A DNA stretch of 64,000 nt from a virus (lineage: Duplodnaviria > Caudoviricetes). This document shows positions 54,168 through 64,000 of this stretch, piece after piece. The DNA lies in IMG/VR virus record IMGVR_UViG_3300025735_000004, positions 17,710 through 81,709 of that record, one strand, 5' to 3'. Below the pieces are notes generated by a model. That model was not told where the DNA came from and ran no database searches. It saw only the letters and a list, made by a program, of their open reading frames with translations. The position numbers were made by a program, and so were the translations under genes. Each line of letters starts with the position of its first letter. Within the stretch, counting starts at the first letter, position 1.

Positions 54168-55259
54168 TTAGAGGTCCGCCGAGATCCGCACACCAAACTC
54201 GGCGGCGTTCAGGTTGGTCTGCGACCAGTCTGCCGAGGTATTAGGGTCTTGGTCCCACACTTTCATCGCGTACTTGCCGGTGGTAGACAGGGGCTGAGAG
54301 GCAGCGAACGCTTCCGTAGCCCCGGATTTAACGAATACGTCGACCCCCCGGAACCCGGCGTCCGCTTTGTAGGAGTAGGCCGACACCTGCACGGCTTTGA
54401 TCGAGCCGGTTTCCGAGGCGTCCTGGAAGTTGTAGGAGTCCTTTTGCAGGGCGGTACTGGAACTGACGTAGTCCGTGGTGTTCGGCGTGGATTCGTCCAC
54501 CAGGGTGTAGTGGGTCGTACCTGTACTGCACGTCATTGCTGAGTAGGTACCGTCGCCGTTGGGGTAGTAGGGTTTGACCTTAACGTCCCCGAGGAAGCCA
54601 CCGGTGACTTCAGTAGCCGACGACTCAGTACGCACATACAAATCATCGAGGTTGACGGCTGAGCCGGCAGGGGAACGGAGCTGGAAATACTCGGCAGTCG
54701 CCACGCTGGAGGTCGCGCCTTTGGTATTGACCCCGGTTAAGGTGATGTCAGCCACGCCGTTGACCCGTACTTCCACTGCCCCCGCCGAAGCGTGGATGAA
54801 CACCCGCATTTCAATGTAATACCAGGTGTTCGTGGCAAGCGCCGCAATGCCGGTCCCAAGCAAAGTTGCGACGTTTGCCGAGCTGGATGAGAACCCCCGC
54901 GCCCGCGCTACGCGAAGTTTTCCGTCACTGAAAACCCCGATCGCGAACTGCCCGTCGAAGTCCCCGCCGTCCACGTAATTTGCCAACGCAAAAAGACAGT
55001 CGCCCGAGTTGCCGAACCCCGCAGCGGTTGGGGCGTTGGTGAGTCGCACCGCGCACCCCATTACCACGTTGGCCGTTGGGGCACTCAAACGCTTGCTTAC
55101 GCTGTTGGCCGAACTGGAGGAAATCCGCAGCGATTGCCCGCTGTTGCGAAAGTTGGTGGTGTCCATCGTGGTCGCTAATTGAGTGCCATCCCATTTAGCG
55201 GCAATATCCGCCGCCAAGTAATGGTCAAAACCGTCCATGAAATTCGTTACCCAAGCCAT
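54168..55259 (-). CDS. Tail-associated protein with lectin-like domain
   Basis: Starts MAWVTNFMDGFD; WYYIE...G..EVR.NG pattern. Confidence 0.6.
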   Translation of the reverse strand: MAWVTNFMDGFDHYLAADIAAKWDGTQLATTMDTTNFRNSGQSLRISSSSANSVSKRLSAPTANVVMGCAVRLTNAPTAAGFGNSGDCLFALANYVDGGDFDGQFAIGVFSDGKLRVARARGFSSSSANVATLLGTGIAALATNTWYYIEMRVFIHASAGAVEVRVNGVADITLTGVNTKGATSSVATAEYFQLRSPAGSAVNLDDLYVRTESSATEVTGGFLGDVKVKPYYPNGDGTYSAMTCSTGTTHYTLVDESTPNTTDYVSSSTALQKDSYNFQDASETGSIKAVQVSAYSYKADAGFRGVDVFVKSGATEAFAASQPLSTTGKYAMKVWDQDPNTSADWSQTNLNAAEFGVRISADL

Positions 55260-55260
55260 A

Positions 55261-57603
55261 TCAGCGCACCCCTGCAATGGAAAATGAAAAGTCCGCGAGC
55301 GTGGCGTCGGCCGTGCCCGGTGCCTTGAACTGCAACGCATCGCCCACAGCCAGGCTAAAGGCCGAGGCGGCAATGAAGGTCGGCGCCGCACCGGCAGCGG
55401 CAAAGCGCACGGTGCCCACGGCGGTGACGGCGTGGCCGCTGGCGGCGATCTTGTTGACGGTGATGTCGGTCTGCGCGGTAGCGGCGATCAGGGCGATCCC
55501 GCTGGAGCCCGCCATGGCGGCGGCGAAGCTGATGGCGAACGGGGCGACGAACATGCCCAGCACCTGGTTGGCTGCCGGCACGCCGTTCCACGCCACGCCG
55601 ATCACCGCCGGTTCGTCGTAGAACTCCAGGGCGTTGGCCGCCGCGTTGACCCGCAGCTTCTTGAGTGCCTGCCCGGAGAAGCTGGCGGGCACGTCGGTCA
55701 GGGCGACGAAGGTGGTCGCGCCGCTGGTGTCGGTGACGAACTCCAGCGCGGTCCCTGCCGAGTTGACCCGGACTTTCTTGAGCGCAGCGCCGGTGTAGTT
55801 GGCCGGTGCGTCTGACAGGGAGGTGAAGGCGGTGATGCCGGCCGGCACCGTGACAAATTCCAGCGCCGTGCCGGCACTGTTGACCTTGACGGTCTTGCTC
55901 GCGGCGCCGGTGTAGTTGACAGGCACGTCACTCAAGCCGGTGAAGGCGGTGACAGGGGCGGCCACCGTGACGAACTCCAGGCCCGAGGCGTCGGACTTGA
56001 CCTTGACCGTCTTGCTGCCTTGCCCGGTGTAGCTGGTGGGCGCGTCCGTGAGCCCAATGAAACTGGTAGGGGTCGCCCCTGCCGAGAACTCGATACCGCT
56101 TTCGTCCCCCTTGACGGTCACCACCTTGAAGGCGGAACCGGCGTAGGAATCCGGGGTGTCGGTCAGGGCGAGCAGGGTGGTGGTGCTGAGCGGGGCGAAC
56201 TCCAGCCCTGTCATCGCCGCGTTGACCCGGAGGAACTTCAGCGCCTGACTGGAATAGGCGTCCGGGGTGTCCGGCAGCTCCAGGAAGTTCGCCGGGCCGG
56301 TGCCTGTGGCGAACTCGACAGCGGTGCCGGCGGCGTTGACCCGCAGGACCTTGAGCGCCTGACTGGCGTAGCTGTCGGGCGTGTCGGTCAGGGCGAGCAG
56401 GGTCGACGGGGCCGCCGCGGCGCTGAATTCCAGCCCGCTTTCGTCACCCTTGACCGACACCAGGCGGAAGGCCTGGCCGGTGTAAGCGTTCGGGGTGTCG
56501 TTCAGCGCCAGGTAGCTGGACACCGGGCTGCCGAACTCAAGGCCGGTCTCTGCCAGGTTGACCACTGGCACCTTACCGGCTTGCCCGGTGTAGCTCGCCG
56601 GGGCGTCGGTGAGCCCGGTAAACACAGTGGGCGCGGCAGCACTGGAATACTCCAGACCGGATTCGTCGGCCTTGACCTTGACGATCTTGTTGGCTTGGCC
56701 AGAGTAGCTGGCCGGCACGTCGGACAAGCCGGTGAAGGCTGAGGCACCGCCACCGCCACCGGTGCCCGAGGCGATCGACACCACGTTGACCCCGTCACAG
56801 AACAGCGCGCCGTTGGTACCGGACGGCAGGGCCACGCCGGTACCGGACGCGGTCTTGACCGTCACCGCGAAGGAACCGGCGGTGTCGTTGTCGATGAAAT
56901 ACACCTTCGCCTTGGCCGGCACGATCAGGTTGCGCGCCGCCGTGGGGGTACCAGTCAGGCGGACCACCCCCTGTTCCATGGCTTCGGCGGTGGTCAAGGT
57001 CACGTCGGCGGTGGTGATGGCCTTGCTCAGCAGGGCACTAAAGGCTTTTTCCGTGGCCTCAATGCGCTTGTCCGGGCTGGCATAGGTCAGGCCCGAGTAG
57101 CCACTGCTGAGCAGGTCGAGCAGATCCTGGTAACCCGGGGCGTAGGTGGCCAGCTTGTTGACCGAGGTGAACGCCGTGCCGGACCACACCACCGAGTACA
57201 GCGCGGCCGCGCTGGAAGTGTCGCGGTACGGAATGCCGTCGATGCCCATGCGGATGTAGTAGGTGCCGGCAGCGGCGCCACTGAACGGAATCACCGTGGT
57301 GGTCGACTTGTACGCCATCTGCGCGGCGCTGGCACTCCAAAAGAAGCCAGGTTGCAGGGTCAGGTTGGTGCCTGACGTGCTGCTGGCGAACGAGTTCTCG
57401 CCGATCAGCGCCACGGCGATCGGGCCGAACATCGCCTTGCCGATGTTGAACAGGTTGGTCGGGCTGGCCGCCGCGCTGCTCAACGTGTCGACCGTGCCGG
57501 ACATCACGTTGATCGCGGCTTCGATCGCGTCATAGTTGGCGTTGTGCTTGGGGATGTAGGCCGTTTCCCCTGTGGCCGCCAGGCGCTGCAAAGTAATAGT
57601 CAT
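55261..57603 (-). CDS. Tail fibre protein with ten ~37-aa repeats
   Basis: Repeats of F..L.D.P..Y.G.A.K.V.V....TGLEF. Confidence 0.75.
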   Translation of the reverse strand: MTITLQRLAATGETAYIPKHNANYDAIEAAINVMSGTVDTLSSAAASPTNLFNIGKAMFGPIAVALIGENSFASSTSGTNLTLQPGFFWSASAAQMAYKSTTTVIPFSGAAAGTYYIRMGIDGIPYRDTSSAAALYSVVWSGTAFTSVNKLATYAPGYQDLLDLLSSGYSGLTYASPDKRIEATEKAFSALLSKAITTADVTLTTAEAMEQGVVRLTGTPTAARNLIVPAKAKVYFIDNDTAGSFAVTVKTASGTGVALPSGTNGALFCDGVNVVSIASGTGGGGGASAFTGLSDVPASYSGQANKIVKVKADESGLEYSSAAAPTVFTGLTDAPASYTGQAGKVPVVNLAETGLEFGSPVSSYLALNDTPNAYTGQAFRLVSVKGDESGLEFSAAAAPSTLLALTDTPDSYASQALKVLRVNAAGTAVEFATGTGPANFLELPDTPDAYSSQALKFLRVNAAMTGLEFAPLSTTTLLALTDTPDSYAGSAFKVVTVKGDESGIEFSAGATPTSFIGLTDAPTSYTGQGSKTVKVKSDASGLEFVTVAAPVTAFTGLSDVPVNYTGAASKTVKVNSAGTALEFVTVPAGITAFTSLSDAPANYTGAALKKVRVNSAGTALEFVTDTSGATTFVALTDVPASFSGQALKKLRVNAAANALEFYDEPAVIGVAWNGVPAANQVLGMFVAPFAISFAAAMAGSSGIALIAATAQTDITVNKIAASGHAVTAVGTVRFAAAGAAPTFIAASAFSLAVGDALQFKAPGTADATLADFSFSIAGVR
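55610..56745 (-). repeat. Ten tandem ~110-115-bp coding repeats in the tail fibre
   Basis: Counted in the translation. Confidence 0.85.
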
Positions 57604-57605
57604 GC

Positions 57606-58118
57606 TTACCTCAGTTCGATCAGAACGCCGCCGCGGAAAATACCGGTCGCGCCATACGGCACGACCCCATAGCCACCGAAGGTGGCGAGTTCGTCGTAGC
57701 TCAGGGCGCGGGCAACCAGGCCGACTTCGACAGTGGTGCCGAGGTCGTAGGCGATCGGGCCAAAGTCAGGGTCGGGGATGTGTACGGGGGTGCGGGTGTA
57801 CGTGCCGGGGCGGCGCTTCGACAGGCCGGTCACTTCCCAGCGCCCGGTCTCAGAGCGGCGCAGGCGCACGGCGGTACCGGCGTCGGCGTAGATCAGATCC
57901 CGGCTGTTGGCCGCGATCGGCACGTTGCGCAATGGCGCCACCACTTCATCCCCGGTGTTGCTGTCCAGCGACTTGAGGCCCACGTCGACATCGCAGCCGT
58001 AGGTCAGCGACAGGCCGTCAGTCACCAGCAGGGTCGGGCGGGTCAGGATGGAGCCGTCGATCTCCCTGATCGACTGGTCGATTTCGCCGCGGATGAGGTA
58101 AGTCAGTAAGCCGGCCAT
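57606..58118 (-). CDS. Tail region protein
   Basis: 170 aa in the tail operon. Confidence 0.65.
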   Translation of the reverse strand: MAGLLTYLIRGEIDQSIREIDGSILTRPTLLVTDGLSLTYGCDVDVGLKSLDSNTGDEVVAPLRNVPIAANSRDLIYADAGTAVRLRRSETGRWEVTGLSKRRPGTYTRTPVHIPDPDFGPIAYDLGTTVEVGLVARALSYDELATFGGYGVVPYGATGIFRGGVLIELR

Positions 58119-59599
58119 CAGACGCGGAACCCCTGCACCGAAAGCATGGCCGCCGACCCACGGGTCAGGTCGCGGGAGAACGTCAGCACGTACAGGCGCG
58201 AGCCGTCCGGCAGTTGCAGGATGTCGCCGCGCTCCAGTGCCGGGTGGTCAATAATGTCGACGTTCCAGGTGATGGCCGACAGGGAGCGGTACAGCAGTTC
58301 ACGCACGGCGATTTGCTGGGCATGGCCTTCGTTCATCACGAAGTCCGAGTCGAGGCTTTCTTCCAGGCGCATCCATTCCGGGGTGCTGTCGTTGTAGGCT
58401 TCGGTGGTGTTGGTTTCGTGGACATAGTCGTAGGGCTCGCCCCAAATCTCATAGGTCCCGGTGCCGAGGGACATGATGATCAGGAAGAACGCGATCTGCC
58501 CGGCGGCCTCGGCAATCCGGCCGACCGGGATGGTGAAGCCGGTCCCGGTGGGGCCGACCTGCACCGCATCCGGGTCGGAGGCGGCGTACATCATGGCGGC
58601 CAGCGCGGCGGTAGCCAGGGTTGGCACCCACACCTTGCTGGTCACGGTGATTTGCCCGCTAAACTCGCTTTTCTGTTCGTAGTCCTCATCGCCGACCGGC
58701 AGGAGGCCGTCGTTGACCGACGTGATGGTCTTCATCCAGGTGTTGTCGGCGCGCTGCCGGCGATCGTCCGACCAGTACAACTCGCGTTCCTGTTTGAGCT
58801 TGAAGAACCCGGCGGTGATCGACTCACGGGCCACCATCTGAGCCTGCTGCAAACTCTTACTCAGGTTCGGGTCGAGCCACTTGAGAATCACGGAGGTCAC
58901 GGAGGTTTTGTTGCGCGAGCCGCTGATGCGCAGCAGCTGATACGGCTCCAGCACCAGGTCAGGGGCGCGCACGATGTCGCGGGAGATTGGTTTGAAGCGC
59001 CCCAAGGCGTCGACCCACGGCTCAAGGGCAGCGACCTGCAGGAGGTCGGTCAGCATGTCCCATGCCGGCGTGTCGGCCAGCTGGGTGTCGCCATGCACGG
59101 TGCTGACGCCCAGCACCAGAGAGCCCCGGATTTCCGAGGGGGTCAGGCCGATGGCGGTGAGCACGTCCCGGGCAATCACGCCCAGTTCGCTGCCGGCGGG
59201 GTAGATGTTGCCGACCCACTTGGTCTGTCGCCACAGGCTGTTGCTGTCCCGGCTGCGCACGGTCAGGGACATGCCCCGCTCGCCACGGCTCTCGCGGTAA
59301 TCCGACAAGTCCTCGATCTGCCCGTTGAACAGCGGCAGGCCGTCGAGGCGCACCTGGATCAAGTCGCCGATCTTGGGCTGCGCCACGCCGTACAGTTCCT
59401 GATAAAACACCAGGCCCACGGTCAGGCCGGACTCGGACTGGGTGAGGTTGTCGGCATAGGGGCTGAGGTCCTGGTACACGGTGGCGGTACCGTCGACCAG
59501 TTGCGCCCAGGTGGTGGTGGTCGCCTTGAAATGCACCAGCTGGACGTTGCGCACAACGTCCTCGCTCGGGTAGCGCAGGTACGGGAATTCCGTAAGCAT
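58118..59599 (-). CDS. Tail tip/hub-like protein
   Basis: Position; C-terminal LERGD.. motif and the overall architecture of hub proteins. Confidence 0.55.
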   Translation of the reverse strand: MLTEFPYLRYPSEDVVRNVQLVHFKATTTTWAQLVDGTATVYQDLSPYADNLTQSESGLTVGLVFYQELYGVAQPKIGDLIQVRLDGLPLFNGQIEDLSDYRESRGERGMSLTVRSRDSNSLWRQTKWVGNIYPAGSELGVIARDVLTAIGLTPSEIRGSLVLGVSTVHGDTQLADTPAWDMLTDLLQVAALEPWVDALGRFKPISRDIVRAPDLVLEPYQLLRISGSRNKTSVTSVILKWLDPNLSKSLQQAQMVARESITAGFFKLKQERELYWSDDRRQRADNTWMKTITSVNDGLLPVGDEDYEQKSEFSGQITVTSKVWVPTLATAALAAMMYAASDPDAVQVGPTGTGFTIPVGRIAEAAGQIAFFLIIMSLGTGTYEIWGEPYDYVHETNTTEAYNDSTPEWMRLEESLDSDFVMNEGHAQQIAVRELLYRSLSAITWNVDIIDHPALERGDILQLPDGSRLYVLTFSRDLTRGSAAMLSVQGFRV

Positions 59600-60735
59600 T
59601 AGGGCACCGAGGTTTCACTAACGATGGAATTTGCGCCAGCAAGTACGCCAGCCAGTTGGACCAACACGACTCCGTTGTTTTCGCTGGCTTTCCTGCCAGG
59701 GCTCACGGTTGCCGCTGAATCATTCCCTACAGTGTAGGTCAGCTCTTGGCCGACGATCCCTTCGGCCGCGCCGCCGTACACCCGATTGAACACTGGCACG
59801 GTCTTGCCCTTCTGCGGAGAGCGCAGGGGGATCGGCGGCGTCATGCCAACAGGCAGCGCCACCGGGTAGTAGCCTTTGACTTTGGTGGTACAGATGCCGT
59901 CAGGCAAGGTGTCGGGCGAGTTGTAGCAGAACAGCACCCGGCGCATGAACGGGTCCCAGGTGAACGCGGTGTTAGCCCAGGTGAAGCCGCCGCTGACCAG
60001 CCCGGTGTGCAGCACACCCAGCACTTCGCCGGTCGCGTAATTGAAGGCGGTCAGGTTGCCGGTGGTTTCCACTGCGTAGGCCATCGGCGGTTCCGCGATG
60101 AACAGGAACTCGATGTTGCCGGCCACGTTGATCGTGCGCAGCCAGTCGCCGTTGGACAGTCGGCAGACCGACAGCTGCGAGGATGTGTTCTCGTGCAGGC
60201 GCGTGATCACCACGTCCCGCCCGGGGTCTACGGCAAAGGTGCCGGTCCCGGGGAACGCACCGGTGCTGCCGATGTTCGCCCCAAAGTCGGTGAGCAGCAC
60301 CGGGTGTTGCGTGGTCCGCCAAGTTACCGGGTCGACCTTCAACAGCCCGTAGTCGTAGAGGCTGGTGGCCCAGATCGTCCCGTCCGGCGCGGAAAACATG
60401 AACGCGATGGTGAACGAGGTGATGTTCTGGCGCATGCCTTTGTAGGCGCCTGTCCGGCCATCCCATACCAAGGTCTGCACGCTCCAGCTCGGCCACGCAT
60501 CTTGGCGCATCACGCACAACAGATGAATCTCAAACTCGCCGGGGTAGGTGGGGTCTTTGATGGTGAACAAGCCCCGGAAAAAGTCGATGTACATGGTGCA
60601 GGTGAATAGGGTTTCGACCGGGCTGGGGTAGAAATAGCTGATGCCGTCCGGGAGGATCAGACCGGTGCGCGGTACGGCCCGCGTGGTTAACGGGTACACC
60701 GCAACGTCAGACTCAAAAACCTGTTTGATGGGCAT
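59599..60735 (-). CDS. Tail protein, beta-propeller-like plus C-terminal Ig-like domain
   Basis: Starts MPIKQVFE; repeated short beta strands with D-P/G turns. Confidence 0.55.
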   Translation of the reverse strand: MPIKQVFESDVAVYPLTTRAVPRTGLILPDGISYFYPSPVETLFTCTMYIDFFRGLFTIKDPTYPGEFEIHLLCVMRQDAWPSWSVQTLVWDGRTGAYKGMRQNITSFTIAFMFSAPDGTIWATSLYDYGLLKVDPVTWRTTQHPVLLTDFGANIGSTGAFPGTGTFAVDPGRDVVITRLHENTSSQLSVCRLSNGDWLRTINVAGNIEFLFIAEPPMAYAVETTGNLTAFNYATGEVLGVLHTGLVSGGFTWANTAFTWDPFMRRVLFCYNSPDTLPDGICTTKVKGYYPVALPVGMTPPIPLRSPQKGKTVPVFNRVYGGAAEGIVGQELTYTVGNDSAATVSPGRKASENNGVVLVQLAGVLAGANSIVSETSVP

Positions 60736-61694
60736 CAGAGCAGCACCCCTGCGGTGAGGTTGAAGTGAAGGCCGGTGCTGCCGATCGGCAGGGTCACCCG
60801 AGTGCGGGCGTAACCGTCCACGTCGGTGGTCGACTGCGCGATCTGCACCACACCCGGCGTGGTGCTGGACCAGTCCACCAGCACGCCGGCACACGGCTCG
60901 CCGCCGGCACCGAGCAGGCGGGTGCGGTACTCGATCGAGCTGCCTTGACCCACGGTGCCGAGCGCCGCGGGGGCGGACAGGGTCGTGGGCACCGGCTCAT
61001 CGGCGTAGATGCTGATGGTGTGATGCACCTCGGGGCTGAGTTCCTGACGCAACACAAACCAGACCCCGAGGGCCGGGGAGTAGGTGGGAGGGAAGGCAGC
61101 GTCGAAACCGAGCTTGCGCTGCCAGCCGACGATTTCCCGATTGACGTGGTCGTACAGCACGGCGGAATCCATCGCCGAGACGAACACCGTGCCGGCGAGG
61201 GAGCCGGGGCTGTAGGTGTAGCCAATTCCACCGGCGTTCATGGTCGGCAGGGTGGCTTCGACGGCGCCGGAACCGGTCTCGCTGTGCAGGCGGCTGCGCA
61301 AATTTGAGAACAGTACCCGTTCCGCCAGGAAGTAAGCGCCGCCGGCCAGCCAGCTGGAGTCGGGGATGTCGGCCCCCTCGGGGTAGAGGGTCACCGGATG
61401 CACCGAGCGCTTGACCATGTAGGTTAAGCCCGCCGAAGCCACGGCAATGCCGGTGTTCTGTGTGTCGTGGCAGTAGAGGTCGTAAGCGGTCAACGACGGA
61501 TTGCGCACGCCGGTAAAGCCGTCGAGCTGGATCAGGGTTCCCGATTGAATGGAATCCCCGGTAGGCTTCCTGATAATGGTCACGGCTGCCAACGCCATCA
61601 GCGAGTCAAACCACGACGGCTTGTGGAAGCAGCGCGCATAGTTGCCGTCGATGTCCTTCATCGGGAACGGCCCGGCCAGCAGACGCAGGGCCAT
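60735..61694 (-). CDS. Tail protein, beta-rich plus C-terminal Big-1-like Ig domain
   Basis: GEPCAGV.V.W...STTD..GYA.T motif. Confidence 0.55.
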   Translation of the reverse strand: MALRLLAGPFPMKDIDGNYARCFHKPSWFDSLMALAAVTIIRKPTGDSIQSGTLIQLDGFTGVRNPSLTAYDLYCHDTQNTGIAVASAGLTYMVKRSVHPVTLYPEGADIPDSSWLAGGAYFLAERVLFSNLRSRLHSETGSGAVEATLPTMNAGGIGYTYSPGSLAGTVFVSAMDSAVLYDHVNREIVGWQRKLGFDAAFPPTYSPALGVWFVLRQELSPEVHHTISIYADEPVPTTLSAPAALGTVGQGSSIEYRTRLLGAGGEPCAGVLVDWSSTTPGVVQIAQSTTDVDGYARTRVTLPIGSTGLHFNLTAGVLL

Positions 61695-61695
61695 G

Positions 61696-62238
61696 TCAGG
61701 CCACCCTGCCGACAATACGCAGCTTGACCGTCACCGGGTATTCCACCAGGTCGGTGCCGACCGATTGCGGGGACATGGTCATGGGCGCACCGCCGACCTC
61801 GATGCCGACGATGATCACGCTGAACTTCAGGCTGGTGACGTAGGAGGGGTGCCATTCGATGTAACCCACCGCCGGATCGGGCGGGTTCATCCAGAAGGCG
61901 ATCAACGCCTTGAGCATGTCGAGCGGCATCGACAGGCCGGCGCTGGGAATCCAGCGTTCCTCCGGCGCCACGTCGCGCAGGTTGCCCGGCCACAGGGTGT
62001 TGGACGCCGACGATAGGGTCATCTGCGAGGTCCAGATCGGCGCAACAATCGCGTCCTCAGCCATGCTGGTCCATTCGTGCGGGGCCAGCGTGTAGTCCAG
62101 CGCGCCCAGCGTCGGGTGGATCATCCGGCCTTTGCCGGTGCCGGGCGCGGCGGCGGCCACCACCGACAAGACGATGCTCTCGACCACCGGGCTGGCGTCG
62201 AGGATGGTGAAGTTGGTCGTTGCAGTCAGTAGGGCCAT
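61696..62238 (-). CDS. Distal-tail-like protein
   Basis: Follows the tape measure; starts MALLTATTNF. Confidence 0.5.
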   Translation of the reverse strand: MALLTATTNFTILDASPVVESIVLSVVAAAAPGTGKGRMIHPTLGALDYTLAPHEWTSMAEDAIVAPIWTSQMTLSSASNTLWPGNLRDVAPEERWIPSAGLSMPLDMLKALIAFWMNPPDPAVGYIEWHPSYVTSLKFSVIIVGIEVGGAPMTMSPQSVGTDLVEYPVTVKLRIVGRVA

Positions 62239-62245
62239 ACCCACC

Positions 62246-62467
62246 TCACGGGACGTAGTGGACAGAGACAGTCGGGGTGTCGCCTGCCGTGCCGGGGTTG
62301 TAGCGGGCCAGCGCCACACCTTGGGCGTCGGTGACTTCGCTGATCAGGGTCAGGGTGCCGGTGCCGGCCAGCGTCCACTGGATCGCCCGGTAGGGCGGGC
62401 CTGTGAACACGATCAGGCAGCTGCCATCGGTGCGCACCAGGGTGCCGGTGAGGGCGTGCAGGCTCAT
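62246..62467 (-). CDS. Small Ig-like tail protein
   Basis: W.L.G.GTL....VTDAQG.A.A.Y. Confidence 0.55.
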   Translation of the reverse strand: MSLHALTGTLVRTDGSCLIVFTGPPYRAIQWTLAGTGTLTLISEVTDAQGVALARYNPGTAGDTPTVSVHYVP

Positions 62468-64000
62468 CGCTTGGCCCTCTCGTTGAGGACCTGCTGATCC
62501 AGCCAGTCGCCCATGCGCATACGCATTTGCGCCGGGGTGACGTGAACCTGGTACACGCTGGTCCCCCCACCGCCGTTGGCGCCGCCGACACGCTGACTTA
62601 CCGCTGCCGGCGTGGAGTTCGCCAGCGTAGCCTGGTCGGTAGAGACCGCCCCGGTGCGGGCGTTCAGCATCCGGCCGCTGTTGACCGCGTGGATGAAGTC
62701 GGACCCCAGCGCGGCGGTGGCGTTGGCGTTCAGGATGCTTTCGCCGTTGGAAACGAACAGCGGGGAGGTTTGGCCCCCGGCGCCACTGATGTAGGTGGGG
62801 ATCGAGTCAGAGGTACCCGAGCCAGGGCCGTGAATGATGCCGCCAGTGGCCATGTGCGAGGCTTGAACCGAGCTGATAGCGGTGGCCCCGCCACCGCCAG
62901 CGTACAGACCGGCCACCATGGTGCCGAGGCTGAACAGGCCGCTGGCCTGTCCTGCGCCGCTGGAGCTGCCCAGCCCGAGCAGCCCGCCGATGTTGCCGAA
63001 CACCTGGCCGAAACCGCTGGTGACCTTGTCCAGCAGGCCAACGAAGCCCCCGCCCAGCGATTCGAAGAAGCCCTTGCCCTCGGTTTCGACCAGCTTGTCC
63101 AGCCCGGGGCCGGCGGCGACTTTCTTCATCGCCTCGGCGGTTTCTTTCGGCAGGCAGCTGCCGTCTTTCGCCGCCTCAGAATTGCCGGTGTCACCGGTCA
63201 GCACGCCGACCACGCTGTCCATGAAGCTGCCCGGCTGGGTCACCTGCGAGGTGGTGTTGGTGGATTCGCCTTTCTTTGGCGACCCGCCCCAGCCGAAGCG
63301 GGCGAACAGCGCAGGGATCGCCCCCTGCTGCCCCGGCTCCTTGCCCCCGAACAGAGTGCCGGTGAGGCTGCCGATCGTCTCGTTGCTGAACGTCTTGATC
63401 AGCGTGCGCATGCTCTCTTTGGAGAGCTGCTTGAACACATCGTCCAGGGTGCTGCCGAGGCTTTTACCGCCCACCACGGCATCGGCAAAGGCATCACCGA
63501 TGCCTTCAATCGCGGTGACCACATGGTCATTGAGGACTTCGCCGAAGTGCTCAAACGACGACTCCGACTGTTCCAGGCTGCGCTGGATGAGGGCAGGGTC
63601 GAAGGCCCGCTTGAACCCCGACTCCCAGGTGCCGGTGACGCGCTCCAGGGCCAGCCCGACTTGCCCAATCTCGGTGTTGGTGCCGGCGATGACCCGGTGC
63701 AGGTCGAGAACTTCTGCCCGTGCCCTGGCCAGTGACTCGGCGATGTTCTTGTTGTATGGGTCCGCTTCGGCTTTCGGCGCCAGGTCGGCAACTTGCGCTT
63801 GTGCGATGCCCAGCGCGTGCTCAGCGTTGGCCCGTTTATCAAGCAACAACCCCTGGTGATCCGTCAGGTAATTACGGCGCTGGGTGCGGTCGCCGGGGAT
63901 CAGGCCCTTGTCTTCAAGCCGTGCATCATTCAGCAGGTTGCCGCTGGTAAGCGAGCGTTCCAGCAGGGAGTCGATTTCGTCGCGGGCTTGGCGCTCACGG
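62464..64000 (-). CDS. Tail tape measure protein (C-terminal part, runs off window end)
   Basis: Open to 63999; helical Ala/Gly-rich; C-terminal ATGG.I.GPG.GTSDSIP...SNGE.I motif typical of tape-measure proteins. Confidence 0.88.
   Translation of the reverse strand, partial: RERQARDEIDSLLERSLTSGNLLNDARLEDKGLIPGDRTQRRNYLTDHQGLLLDKRANAEHALGIAQAQVADLAPKAEADPYNKNIAESLARARAEVLDLHRVIAGTNTEIGQVGLALERVTGTWESGFKRAFDPALIQRSLEQSESSFEHFGEVLNDHVVTAIEGIGDAFADAVVGGKSLGSTLDDVFKQLSKESMRTLIKTFSNETIGSLTGTLFGGKEPGQQGAIPALFARFGWGGSPKKGESTNTTSQVTQPGSFMDSVVGVLTGDTGNSEAAKDGSCLPKETAEAMKKVAAGPGLDKLVETEGKGFFESLGGGFVGLLDKVTSGFGQVFGNIGGLLGLGSSSGAGQASGLFSLGTMVAGLYAGGGGATAISSVQASHMATGGIIHGPGSGTSDSIPTYISGAGGQTSPLFVSNGESILNANATAALGSDFIHAVNSGRMLNARTGAVSTDQATLANSTPAAVSQRVGGANGGGGTSVYQVHVTPAQMRMRMGDWLDQQVLNERAKR

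Larger units (their letters stand above)
1..64000. mobile_element. Part of a tailed phage genome with plasmid-type maintenance genes (probable phage-plasmid, Pseudomonas-type host)
   Basis: Tail, tape-measure, endolysin and phage replication genes co-occur with a Rep initiator, ParA plus partner and a serine resolvase. No integrase or host housekeeping genes in the window. Confidence 0.75.

Noticed and set aside
55261-57603. Diversity-generating retroelement target
   Set aside because: No reverse transcriptase and no template/variable repeat pair differing at adenines in the window.

Overview
This 64-kb window is a slice of a GC-rich tailed-phage genome, most likely a Pseudomonas-type temperate phage-plasmid. 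The host is inferred from MvaT-, AmrZ- and RsmA-like genes. Layout: (1) 1-3936, minus strand: virion-associated genes and a GH108 endolysin. (2) 3940-4990: divergent non-coding region with a strongly structured ~570-nt stretch. (3) 4993-9640, plus strand: small accessory genes (RsmA/CsrA, two stand-alone CapW/BrxR-like winged-HTH proteins, vWA, HicA-like, XRE). (4) An AT-rich iteron-like region and a RepL/RepA-like initiator at 9730-10639. (5) A minus-strand operon with five tandem paralogues at 11265-12735. (6) A serine resolvase module at 13695-15777. (7) A ~21-kb plus-strand accessory array of about 45 mostly small genes (RadC/JAB, DUF932, YkgJ, ParA plus RHH partner, two MvaT, AmrZ-like, WYL_2-like), with recurrent junction motifs and 7-bp heptad arrays. 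(8) A replication/recombination block at 37531-52218 (AEP primase-helicase, SNF2 helicase, PolA with fused 5'-3' exonuclease, Dda-like helicase, resolvase-like nuclease, SbcD/SbcC, TraR/DksA). (9) 52196-64000, minus strand: holin-like, tail and tape-measure genes. No integrase, tRNA, rRNA, CRISPR array or reverse transcriptase was seen. All family names come from motif recognition by eye, not from database searches. Best leads: the dispersed heptad arrays possibly bound by the ParA partner, the sensor-less CapW-like pair, and the five-paralogue array.
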